DNA of 64,000 bases from an uncultured bacterium (GTDB taxonomy: Bacteria > Armatimonadota > Abditibacteriia > Abditibacteriales > Abditibacteriaceae): contig CAWJLW010000006.1 of NCBI GenBank assembly GCA_963843795.1, positions 744,001 through 808,000 on the forward strand, in the 5' to 3' direction. The stretch's first letter is position 1. Every line of letters starts with the position of its first letter. Both the position numbers and the translations under genes were made by a program. Of the stretch, positions 41,894 through 50,340 are shown one piece after another. The notes below the pieces were generated by a model. That model was not told the DNA's origin and searched no databases. It was given only the letters and a program-made list of their open reading frames with translations.

Positions 41894-42586
41894 GTGATAG
41901 CGAAAGCAATGATGGCGGATAAAAGCGGAGCGCGTTCGAGAGCGCAGAACGATATAGCGCGGCGTTGGCGGCGCAGCGATTTCGAGAGCGCAATCGTGCG
42001 CGTCGTGCATCGTGGGCGCGGCTATCAAAGCTCGGTTTACGTCGCCGAATTGGATGGATATTGCGTGGCGATCAAAGATTTCGCGCAAACTTCGCGCGCT
42101 TTTCGGCGCTGGGTCGCGCCCTTTCTGGTCCGCCGCGAGTGCGCCGCTTTGCGTCGCTTGCAAGGCGTGCCTGGCGTGCCGCACTTTTACGGACGCATCG
42201 ACCGCTTGTCGCTGGCGATGGAATATATCGAAGGCACGCCGCTCGACACTTTCGCACGCGGCGAACTGCCCTCCGAAGCTTTCGCGCGCGCCCAGCAAGT
42301 TATCGACGCCATCCACGCGCGCGGCGTTTCGCACGGCGATCTCAAACGTCGCTCGAATTTGCTGCTTACGCCCGATGGCGAAATTTATCTGATCGATTTC
42401 GCGACCGCCGTTATCGACAGTCGCGGTAAGCGCTGGCTGCAACGTGAACTGGCGCGCGTCGATGATAAAAGCGTGCCGCGACTGAAAAAGTTCGTCGCGC
42501 CCGAATTATTAACCGCTGAAGATCAATTCAAGCTCGATCATCCCACCAAACTCGAACGCTGGGCGCGTCGTTGGCTCAATCGGTGA
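41894..42586 (+). CDS. Protein-kinase-fold LPS/Kdo kinase-like protein
   Basis: AIKDF, MEYIEG, HGDLK..N, LIDF; last gene of the lipid A cluster. The start is uncertain. Confidence 0.7.
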   Translation: MIAKAMMADKSGARSRAQNDIARRWRRSDFESAIVRVVHRGRGYQSSVYVAELDGYCVAIKDFAQTSRAFRRWVAPFLVRRECAALRRLQGVPGVPHFYGRIDRLSLAMEYIEGTPLDTFARGELPSEAFARAQQVIDAIHARGVSHGDLKRRSNLLLTPDGEIYLIDFATAVIDSRGKRWLQRELARVDDKSVPRLKKFVAPELLTAEDQFKLDHPTKLERWARRWLNR

Positions 42587-42608
42587 ATATCTCAAGCATT
42601 AAATCGCC

Positions 42609-42652
42609 AACCCCAAAGCCCGCTGCAAGTACTTGCAGCGGGCTTTGGGGTT
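42609..42652. terminator. 44-bp perfect palindrome centred on the iterated motif, between convergent genes
   Basis: AACCCCAAAGCCCGCTGCAAGT|ACTTGCAGCGGGCTTTGGGGTT followed by a T-rich tract. Confidence 0.75.
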
Positions 42653-42660
42653 TTGGTTTT

Positions 42661-44286
42661 CTATAATTCGGCTTCGATGGATTTAATGGCACGAATGGGA
42701 ATTTCAAAGGTGAAAGTCGAGCCATTGCAATTTTCGCTGTGCGCGCTGATAACACCGCCGTGTAATTCGACCAGATGTCTGACCAGAAACAGGCCGATGC
42801 CAGTTCCGCCGGCCTGCCGCGTGTCGCGATTATCAATACGCTCGAATTTCTCAAAAATGCGCGACAATTTATCCGCTGGGATGCCAATCCCCTGATCGCT
42901 GACGCTGACTTTCAGCATCACATCATCGCAGCTCATGACAATTTTGACTATGCCACCCTGGGGTGAGTACTTGATGGCGTTGGAAACCAGATTGTTCAAA
43001 ATTTGATCGAATTTGTCTTCGTCGGCGTCGATTTCGGGCACTTCAAAGCTCGCGTCCAATTCCAGCGTGTGCTTGTCGCTATACGCGCGCTGCGCGTTCA
43101 ACACGCCTTCGGCGGCCTCGACCGGATCGAATTTTTTGGTGTGCAACTGCAGCGAACGTCCGCTTTCGATGCGCGACACGTTCAATAAATCTTCGATCAA
43201 GCGCCTGAGTCGGTCGCATTCGGAATCGATAATTTCGTAAAATTCGCGCCGTTCATCCGGCCCAAAATAATCGTCCTCGTCTTGCAAAAGCGTGGCGATA
43301 AAACCTTTGATCGAAGTCAATGGAGTACGTAATTCATGAGAAACTGTCGAGACAAACGCGGTTTTCATGCGCTCGACGTTGCGAATTTCCGTAATGTCGT
43401 TGAAAATGGCCACGACGCCCAAAACCACCGGCACGCCGTCGCGCTCGCCATGAACAAACGCGGTCTGGGTTTGAAAAATGCGCGGCTGCGAACCGTCGAA
43501 CACGCCTTCGATGGTCGTTAATTCAACTTCGGCGTGCTGTTCGACGCCATCTTCAATCGCGGCGCGAAACAGTTCGTTAATATCGGATGAATCGAACACA
43601 TCGCTGTAGTGAGAACCGGTTGCGTCTTCGGCGTTCACGTGCAGCATTTGGGCGGCAGCGGCGTTCAAAAGCGAAACTTGTCCGCCACTGTCGATCATCA
43701 CCATCGCGGCCAGCAGGCTTTGGAAAGTGGCTTGAAGTTGTTCTTTTTCTTCGGTCAGGCGCAGGTAAATTTGCGCGTCGGCAATAACGGCAGCGACTTG
43801 GCGCGCCATCGCGGACAGCGTTTTGATATCGTCGGGCGAAAAACTTTCTTCCCCGCGTTTGTTGATAACGAATAAGACGCCGACTGGAACGCGTTCGATG
43901 GAGCGAGTATTTTCGTCGGGCCGTTCGATAGTGAGTGGATAAACGATGAGATTGCGCGCTTCGATACGGCTCATCCATTCTTGATCGAACGAATTTTGGG
44001 TGTGGATGTCATCGACGATTTCGGGCGTGGAAGAATGAAAAACCCGACCGCTGAAACCACCTTCGAGCGGAACGTGCAAGGCGCGCACTTCAGCAGAGGA
44101 AAGGCCCAGCGCGGGACGGCGCGCGACGAGCAGATGGCGTTCGCGGTCGTGCAACAAAAAAACGCACTTTTCCGCCTGCATCATCATGCCAACGCGCCGC
44201 ACCAGACGCTGCAAGGTTTGTTCGAGGTCTTCGGGCGAAGGCAATGCGTTCGCGGCTTCCGTTTCCGTCATCGCAACTTGATTCAT
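42661..44286 (-). CDS. GAF-PAS sensor histidine kinase (HisKA)
   Basis: VSHELRTPLTSIKG, NLVSNAIKYS, DQGIGI, GGTGIGL. Confidence 0.93.
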   Translation of the reverse strand: MNQVAMTETEAANALPSPEDLEQTLQRLVRRVGMMMQAEKCVFLLHDRERHLLVARRPALGLSSAEVRALHVPLEGGFSGRVFHSSTPEIVDDIHTQNSFDQEWMSRIEARNLIVYPLTIERPDENTRSIERVPVGVLFVINKRGEESFSPDDIKTLSAMARQVAAVIADAQIYLRLTEEKEQLQATFQSLLAAMVMIDSGGQVSLLNAAAAQMLHVNAEDATGSHYSDVFDSSDINELFRAAIEDGVEQHAEVELTTIEGVFDGSQPRIFQTQTAFVHGERDGVPVVLGVVAIFNDITEIRNVERMKTAFVSTVSHELRTPLTSIKGFIATLLQDEDDYFGPDERREFYEIIDSECDRLRRLIEDLLNVSRIESGRSLQLHTKKFDPVEAAEGVLNAQRAYSDKHTLELDASFEVPEIDADEDKFDQILNNLVSNAIKYSPQGGIVKIVMSCDDVMLKVSVSDQGIGIPADKLSRIFEKFERIDNRDTRQAGGTGIGLFLVRHLVELHGGVISAHSENCNGSTFTFEIPIRAIKSIEAEL

Positions 44287-44370
44287 CGCAGGAAAATTGC
44301 CTTGTTTAAATTAGCGCGCAAAAAATGCCTTGTCGATACGTGTGTATCGACAAGGCAAAGTTGAACGTTT

Positions 44371-44976
44371 TCAGGTCGCGCTGCAATCATCGCCGCTACC
44401 GTTGGCAGCGTTTTGCTCGTCATCGGCTTCATCGCCACGCCCGTTTTCGTTGCGTTCGATGTTGCCGCGTTTGTCGCTGTTGCGCTTGTCGCTATTGCGA
44501 ATGTCGCTATTGCGCTTGTCGGCGCTTCGCCTGTCACTATTGCGTTTGTCGCCGTTGCGTTTGCGACGGCGCGGCGAAGTTTGTTCAAAGCGGGTGTTAG
44601 GCGCACCGGTTTTTTCTTTGTCGGCGTTTTCGACTCTTTCGCTTTGCGGGAGCGAATCGGGACTTTGAAGTTGAGCGACAGAAGCGACATTTTTCAAGGC
44701 CGCGTGAAACGCCATCAGTTCGGCGGCCGAAATCGGCCCGGCTTCGAGAGCGCGGTCACGCTCCTGAGGCGTCATTTCGTCAGGTGCGCTTTCGAGCGAA
44801 GTCCAATCGAAGTTGGCTTCGGGAATAAAGGTTTGGCCTAAGCGTTTACAGCGTGTGCAGCGAAACTTGATGTAGATGTAGTCGCGCCCGGAGGCACGCT
44901 CATAGAGGTCGGTTCGCAACACTTCTCGCGCCATCACCTGATGGCCGCAACGACATCGCACAATGGTTTTGTTCAT
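44371..44976 (-). CDS. Hypothetical protein with a putative Zn ribbon and DKRNS-repeat tail
   Basis: GGAGG SD; CRCGH...CTRC; charged pentapeptide repeats. Confidence 0.7.
   Translation of the reverse strand: MNKTIVRCRCGHQVMAREVLRTDLYERASGRDYIYIKFRCTRCKRLGQTFIPEANFDWTSLESAPDEMTPQERDRALEAGPISAAELMAFHAALKNVASVAQLQSPDSLPQSERVENADKEKTGAPNTRFEQTSPRRRKRNGDKRNSDRRSADKRNSDIRNSDKRNSDKRGNIERNENGRGDEADDEQNAANGSGDDCSAT
44461..44565. repeat. About seven 15-bp degenerate coding tandem repeats
   Basis: Consensus GCTATTGCGCTTGTC on the + strand, encoding DKRNS on the - strand. Confidence 0.85.
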
Positions 44977-45074
44977 CGAAATATCGACCTCCAAAATCCC
45001 AGTATAAAACAGCCGCCAATTCCTTGTTCGTCTCGGCCCAGAATGCACTGCAAGTAACTTGCACCGCACCTTCG

Positions 45075-46289
45075 TCAGTGCCCGCACCAATTCGAGGGCA
45101 AGCACAATTTGGAATGAGTTTGCGAAGCGAAACGGTCGGTCATGCCAGCGATATAATCGCAGACGCGCCGCGCCAGTTGCTTCGTATCGCCAAGCGTTTC
45201 ATCGGTGACTTCAATCTCGGGAGCAGAATCGGAGGTATTGACGGGCAAAATCGCCGCAGGTCGCATCAAATGCGGACGCGCCATAAAACAATCGAACAAT
45301 CCGTTGATAACAGTTTGCACACGCGACGATTCGTCCACACTTTCCAGGGTATAAACATGACTGAACATCCACGTTTTGAGCGCATCGGTCGCCTGTCTCA
45401 CGTCATCCTTCATCGCGATAGTCTCATGAGCCAGCCGCTGCCCGTTACGCACGCTGCTTGAAGCCAGAACTACCGCTAAAACCATGGTTGTGATGCGCTC
45501 GCCATGAGTTTTGCCCAGCACTTTGATGCAATCTGAAGGCAATTCTTCGGCCCGAATCAAGCCGGCGCGGCGCGCGTCGTCGATGTCGTGATTGACATAA
45601 GCGATGCGGTCGCAGATGCGCACGACCTGACCTTCCAAAGTAGAAGGCATAACGTGCGTGCCATCCAAATCTTTTTCGCCTTTGGAGTGGTACAAAATAC
45701 CGTCGCGTGTTTCCCAGGTCAGGTTCAATCCCTGCCCATGATTTTCGAGTTCGTCCACGATGCGCAACGATTGCTCGTAATGGCGAAAATGAGCGTCGGG
45801 ATCGTAGCGCCGATAAGCCGCATCCAGTGCGGCCTCGCCGACATGACCAAAGGGCGCATGGCCCAGATCATGGCCCATGCCAATGGCTTCGACCAAATCT
45901 TCGTTCAAGCGCAACGCACGCGCGACGGTGCGCGCGATTTGCGTGACTTCCAGCGTGTGGGTGAGTCGCGTGCGATAATGATCGCGTTCGGGTGAAACGA
46001 AAACCTGCGTTTTGTGCTTGAGGCGGCGGAAGGCTTTGCAGTGAATGATGCGGTCGCGATCGCGTTGCCACTGCGTGCGCACGGCGTCTTCGGCCTCGGG
46101 CGCTGCGCGTCCACGCGAACGCAGGGCGTGCGCGGCGCGCGGGTCGAGCCACACTTCTTCGCGCTGTTCAGTGGCGCGCCGCAAAAAAGAGAGATCGAGC
46201 GACGATTCGTCGTCCAATAAAGAATCATCTAACGATGAATCGTTTACAGGCAATTCATCTGAAGAATCCAGGGAATCAAGAGAATTCAT
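45075..46289 (-). CDS. dgt: Deoxyguanosinetriphosphate triphosphohydrolase (HD-domain dNTPase)
   Basis: QRDRDRIIHCKAFRRLKHKTQV, RTRLTHTLEV, HDLGHAPFGH, DRIAYVNHDIDD, DYIAGMTD. Confidence 0.93.
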   Translation of the reverse strand: MNSLDSLDSSDELPVNDSSLDDSLLDDESSLDLSFLRRATEQREEVWLDPRAAHALRSRGRAAPEAEDAVRTQWQRDRDRIIHCKAFRRLKHKTQVFVSPERDHYRTRLTHTLEVTQIARTVARALRLNEDLVEAIGMGHDLGHAPFGHVGEAALDAAYRRYDPDAHFRHYEQSLRIVDELENHGQGLNLTWETRDGILYHSKGEKDLDGTHVMPSTLEGQVVRICDRIAYVNHDIDDARRAGLIRAEELPSDCIKVLGKTHGERITTMVLAVVLASSSVRNGQRLAHETIAMKDDVRQATDALKTWMFSHVYTLESVDESSRVQTVINGLFDCFMARPHLMRPAAILPVNTSDSAPEIEVTDETLGDTKQLARRVCDYIAGMTDRFASQTHSKLCLPSNWCGH

Positions 46290-46362
46290 AACGTTTGACC
46301 GAGCAGTATTTTGTGTAACAGGCGCAGTGTGCCACAACAGGTCCCGATGACGCTGCAAGTAC

Positions 46363-46392
46363 TTGCAGCACGATTGAATTTTGCATTACAAT
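46363..46392 (+). promoter_or_regulatory. Putative sigma70 promoter for the candidate retron ncRNA
   Basis: TTGCAG (46363-46368, overlapping the iterated palindrome), 18-bp spacer, TACAAT (46387-46392). Confidence 0.45.
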
Positions 46393-46404
46393 TGTTTTCA
46401 TCGA

Positions 46405-46632
46405 ATGGTTCCAAAACAGTCGGCAATTTGTCCGCGATGTTTCGTCGTGGCCGTTCTTACGCTTTCATTCCATCACGGGTCGCCGGTGCGATTTCACCCC
46501 GTCCCGGTTCAGTAGTGCGCCCCCATCACGCTGAGACAGCACGCTCGTGGCGGCGGCGCACTACTGAACCGGGACGGGGTTACAGTGACCAGCGCCCGTC
46601 CTTTCTTGTTGAGCGACTGTTCTAAAAACCAT
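46405..46632 (+). ncRNA. Candidate retron msr-msd ncRNA
   Basis: Outer inverted repeats ATGGTT..AACAGTCG (46405-46422) and CGACTGTT..AACCAT (46614-46632), an unpaired G at 46423, short hairpins at about 46432-46491, and a perfect 26-bp stem (46496-46521 with 46555-46580). It lies upstream of a retron-RT operon. Confidence 0.7.
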
Positions 46633-46636
46633 CACT

Positions 46637-46682
46637 AAAATGCCGCCGCAAGTACTTGTACCCTAACTTGCGGCGGCATTTT
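46637..46682. terminator. Intrinsic terminator-like hairpin closing the candidate ncRNA
   Basis: AAAATGCCGCCGCAAGT...ACTTGCGGCGGCATTTT, 17-bp arms. Confidence 0.75.
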
Positions 46683-46742
46683 GCGTATTTAAAATTAGTT
46701 GAACCCCCGTAGAAAATTCATAACCTGCCATTGAAGTTGTGG

Positions 46743-46771
46743 TTGACGCAATAGAAGATCTCACATAAAAT
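46743..46771 (+). promoter_or_regulatory. Near-consensus sigma70 promoter for the three-gene RT operon
   Basis: TTGACG, 17-bp spacer, TAAAAT. Confidence 0.7.
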
Positions 46772-46980
46772 AAGTGTAATTAAATTTGCTTGTTTCGAAC
46801 GGTATTTTGACTTTGATACCTGCTTGTGTCTGTTGTTATCCTCTCATTTTATTGAGGATAATATGCCTACAATCTCCACCTCCCGTTTTTGTTTAATGAT
46901 CCCAACGCGCGGGTGTTTCTTCTGCAAGTTCAGTGGTTTTTCAGCAGCTCTCAAAACTTTTATTATATTCAGGTGCCGCC

Positions 46981-49900
46981 ATGACTTCAGCCGAAATTCA
47001 TGCGCTTGTTGAACGATTCGAGAGCTTAAATTCCAATGAGCGTGCTATTTTGCTCGATTGGGCGCGCACTGTCTCCCTGCATTATGGCGCGTGGCAGCCC
47101 TTCAAACGTTTGTATAAAACATTGGATACGCGTGCTCTTGATGGGAAAAACGAATTATCGTCGGATGAGATTGCTTCGTTGGCTGCGATGATGGGACGTC
47201 TGGATACGGCGACCATTGCTCAATCGGGGCCGCGTTTACAGGCGATTGAGTTACCCGAGCAGAATTGGCCCGCCAAGCGTGCGAAATGGAATGGCTTGAC
47301 CCTGTTTGTTTCGGGACGAACGCGCTATGACTGGAAAGGTTGGCGCTTGTTGGTGGCAGAAGATGCCGGACAATCACGTTGGAGCGAAAGTTTTTCGACT
47401 TTGCGGCGCCTCGCCGGTTTGTCTGCCAACGCGTTGGGACCACAAAACGAATCCGATAAAATTAAAAATATTCGCGCCGCCTGGGATTTCAATGCGCGCG
47501 ATTATATCGGTCAAGTTGAAAAAATTGAACTGAATGGCGACATACTGACGATTCAGTGCGCTTACGGCGGCCGTGGCGCTCAATTCACCGTCGATATCAG
47601 CGATCCGGCTTTTCCGCATCTCGCCACAAGCGCGCCCAAACCTGCAACTTGGCAATACATGAAACGCCGCGTGCGTCGTCTGCTGCGTGAACTCAGCGCA
47701 AATCAACCCTCACGTTACTGGGCTTTGCTCAAGGCTCTGCTGCACGAAAGCGCGGAGTTGCAGTCCGATGGTTCTATCAATCCTGAAAGTCAGTGGGCGC
47801 TGATGTGGGCATTGTATGGAAACGGCACGCGTTGGGCGCAAAAAGGTCCTGGCCGAGGCGCTTATCGTCTGCAAGCGAATTCGCTGAAGTGGCAACGCAC
47901 GCGACGCGAAGAAATGCATCCCGAAATTTGGAATGCGCATCTGGACGAAATGCGCGATTTGTCGCTGAATGAGACCGTGCCAGTGCAAGCGAATTTAATC
48001 GCGCTGCAAGTACTTGCAGCGGCTAATCAAGAGTGGCCCGCACTTTCGTCCACCCAAGCCTTGCGGTTTTTAAATAGCGACGTTCTCTGGCTCAAATCGC
48101 TGGCAACGCGAGTGATTGGTAAGCGCTGGTTGGCGGGCGAAAGGGTGTCGGGAGCGCTGGCTGCCGCAACGATTTTACTGGCCAATGCGCCTTTGCGTCG
48201 CCAGTTACAACTCTCGCTGGAAAATGTGCTTCGTGGCACTGATAAAAAGTGGTGCGGCGAATTTATGGCACAGGCGCTGGAAACCTTGAAATTTAATCCT
48301 AAAAATCGGCGCGGACGTTTGGCTGCTCATTATTTGGCGCTTCATGGACGCGATACAGTGAGTAACGATAACTTGTTTGCCTATTTAGGTTTATGGTTGG
48401 AATTGAGCAAACAATCGGCAAATTGGGCACTGGAGCGCGTACGCCAAGCGGGCGCGCAAGGTGAGGCCAGTCGGTTGGCTGCGATTGCTGCCCTGCCCGA
48501 AGGGCAATGCGAACAGGCTCTGGCGGCGTTTTTGGAGCGTGCGGGTGAAACAAACCCGACGATATCGCAAGCTTGGGAACAGGTTTCGTGCGAGGAACGC
48601 GCGCGTAATGAAGTGGGCTGGCGTTATTTGGAAGCAACTGGAATTGAATCAACAGTGCTGCGGGAGTTGTGGAAACGGTTGTTAAATGGTTGGTACGACG
48701 AGGATATTTTTGCGCCTGCGTTTGGCAGTTCCGCCGGTGCAAACTTGTTTTTGCGCGCCAACTGGCAGGTCAAAGATGTGGCCGATTGGTTCAAAAACTA
48801 TTATTCAGGCTGGACGAAAATGCAGCCGCATTTGTCGGTCGAATTCGCGCGCGCTGTGATGAGTTTCGTACCTAAAGATGAAATTGCCCATCGCATTTTC
48901 AATGCTTTGCCAAAGCTCAAAGCCGAAGCGGCACCGCAAATTGCTGAAGCGTTTTTCGACCGTGCGCGCGATTTTTCGCCTACAGCACAGGAAATTCGCA
49001 ACTCAATTTTAACGGTTGGTGCGAGCTGGCCCTACACCCCAAGTGCGCCTGAAGCTATGGCCGCGACGTGGCGTTTTCTCGAAGCCTCGGCTGTGACTGA
49101 AGTGGTTTTGCAGGAAGTGTGGCAGCAGTTGTTTGCACCCAATCAGATAAGAGACCACGTCGCGCCCGCTATTGCTTTGTTGCGGCGAGCCAATCTCAGC
49201 GAAGACCAAATCGAAAAATGGCTACAAAGTTCTCCCGATTTAGCCACGATGTTTACTCCTAACTTTTTTGGCGCGCTGTTTTCGCTTTGTTCGGGCGCCG
49301 GCAAGGTGGCACTTGCGGTTGGCGCGACGCCCGAACAGTGGTGTGCCGTGCGGCCCCTCTTGCTGCGAGTGCTGGATAACGTCAATTTGCGCGTTTCGTT
49401 CTGGAAAAGCATCTGGGAACAATTGCGTGAAAACGCGGAAAGTTTGCAAGAGCGTTTACTGAGCGATAGTGAAATTCTCGCGACTTTTGTGCTTCTGGAC
49501 AACGCCGCCGTTGCCGAAATGATGGCAACTAATGAAGACGCGCACGCGCCGCTTTTGGGGCGTTGGCTCGACGCGCACCACGACGAATTGATGCGCGATG
49601 ACGTGGCTCTCATTGCTGCGGCAACTTGCCCGCTTCCGCCCATTCGTGAGCGGGGATTGGCGCGCGTGCGCGAAATTGGCCTTGATTTGCCGCTCGCTTT
49701 GCGTTTAATCGAATCGAATTTGCCCCCAGCGATGGAACTGGCACAAGAGTGGTTTCAGAAAACCGAAACTGGCATTGAAGCTGAAACCGAACTTGCCCTC
49801 GCGCTCTGCGACAGCCCGCAGGCGGCGGTGCGCGCGTGGGGCCGCAATTTCGTGACGCAGCGCGCTGATAGGCTTTTAAATTCCGCTCTTTTGAAAAACC

Positions 49901-50211
49901 TTAGCGAAAGTGGCGATGCATACAATCAAGCGTTCGTCGCGCAGCAGTTGGAGAAACGCAGGGCAAACTTCGATACTGCGGAATTTGATAAAGCGGTGCT
50001 GAAAAGTCGCGGTCGCGCGCGTCAAGCAAAAAACGCTGTGCAAAAGCGCTTGTCACACGAACTCGATAGCTCGATGAACGTGGAAGCTCTGCTTGAATTG
50101 GCGCGTGGACGCGTGCCTCGCGACCGCGAGTGGGCCCTGCAACAATTGGCGCGTCTAGCGCAAAATGGCACAAACATCGACGGCGTTGAGCTGGTTTCAC
50201 CCAAAGCGTAA
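46981..50211 (+). CDS. Large (about 1076 aa) hypothetical protein, probably helical-repeat; retron-associated
   Basis: Long uninterrupted ORF rich in Leu/Ala/Trp with no recognisable catalytic motif; first gene of the RT operon. Confidence 0.75.
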   Translation: MTSAEIHALVERFESLNSNERAILLDWARTVSLHYGAWQPFKRLYKTLDTRALDGKNELSSDEIASLAAMMGRLDTATIAQSGPRLQAIELPEQNWPAKRAKWNGLTLFVSGRTRYDWKGWRLLVAEDAGQSRWSESFSTLRRLAGLSANALGPQNESDKIKNIRAAWDFNARDYIGQVEKIELNGDILTIQCAYGGRGAQFTVDISDPAFPHLATSAPKPATWQYMKRRVRRLLRELSANQPSRYWALLKALLHESAELQSDGSINPESQWALMWALYGNGTRWAQKGPGRGAYRLQANSLKWQRTRREEMHPEIWNAHLDEMRDLSLNETVPVQANLIALQVLAAANQEWPALSSTQALRFLNSDVLWLKSLATRVIGKRWLAGERVSGALAAATILLANAPLRRQLQLSLENVLRGTDKKWCGEFMAQALETLKFNPKNRRGRLAAHYLALHGRDTVSNDNLFAYLGLWLELSKQSANWALERVRQAGAQGEASRLAAIAALPEGQCEQALAAFLERAGETNPTISQAWEQVSCEERARNEVGWRYLEATGIESTVLRELWKRLLNGWYDEDIFAPAFGSSAGANLFLRANWQVKDVADWFKNYYSGWTKMQPHLSVEFARAVMSFVPKDEIAHRIFNALPKLKAEAAPQIAEAFFDRARDFSPTAQEIRNSILTVGASWPYTPSAPEAMAATWRFLEASAVTEVVLQEVWQQLFAPNQIRDHVAPAIALLRRANLSEDQIEKWLQSSPDLATMFTPNFFGALFSLCSGAGKVALAVGATPEQWCAVRPLLLRVLDNVNLRVSFWKSIWEQLRENAESLQERLLSDSEILATFVLLDNAAVAEMMATNEDAHAPLLGRWLDAHHDELMRDDVALIAAATCPLPPIRERGLARVREIGLDLPLALRLIESNLPPAMELAQEWFQKTETGIEAETELALALCDSPQAAVRAWGRNFVTQRADRLLNSALLKNLSESGDAYNQAFVAQQLEKRRANFDTAEFDKAVLKSRGRARQAKNAVQKRLSHELDSSMNVEALLELARGRVPRDREWALQQLARLAQNGTNIDGVELVSPKA

Positions 50212-50340
50212 AGCACGCTATGCGTAAAGTGTTGAGCAAGTACTTGCGAGCGGTCACGAATCAGTTTTCGTTTCAAATAGCACTTTAAATAGCACTCTGC
50301 AAGGGCCTGCAGAACCAGCCTGTTTACAAATGGTTATTCA

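Noticed and set aside
46405..46632. Structured element as 6S RNA, SRP RNA, tRNA or a simple terminator
   Set aside because: I saw no SRP loop motif or cloverleaf. The internal region is strongly asymmetric with its own hairpins, the long stem has no U-tract, and a separate terminator follows. Not formally excluded without an Rfam search.
46863..47012. 49-aa Cys/Phe-rich ORF with a GAGGA SD in the operon leader
   Set aside because: It overlaps the large gene out of frame and has no recognisable features, so it cannot be supported as a real peptide.
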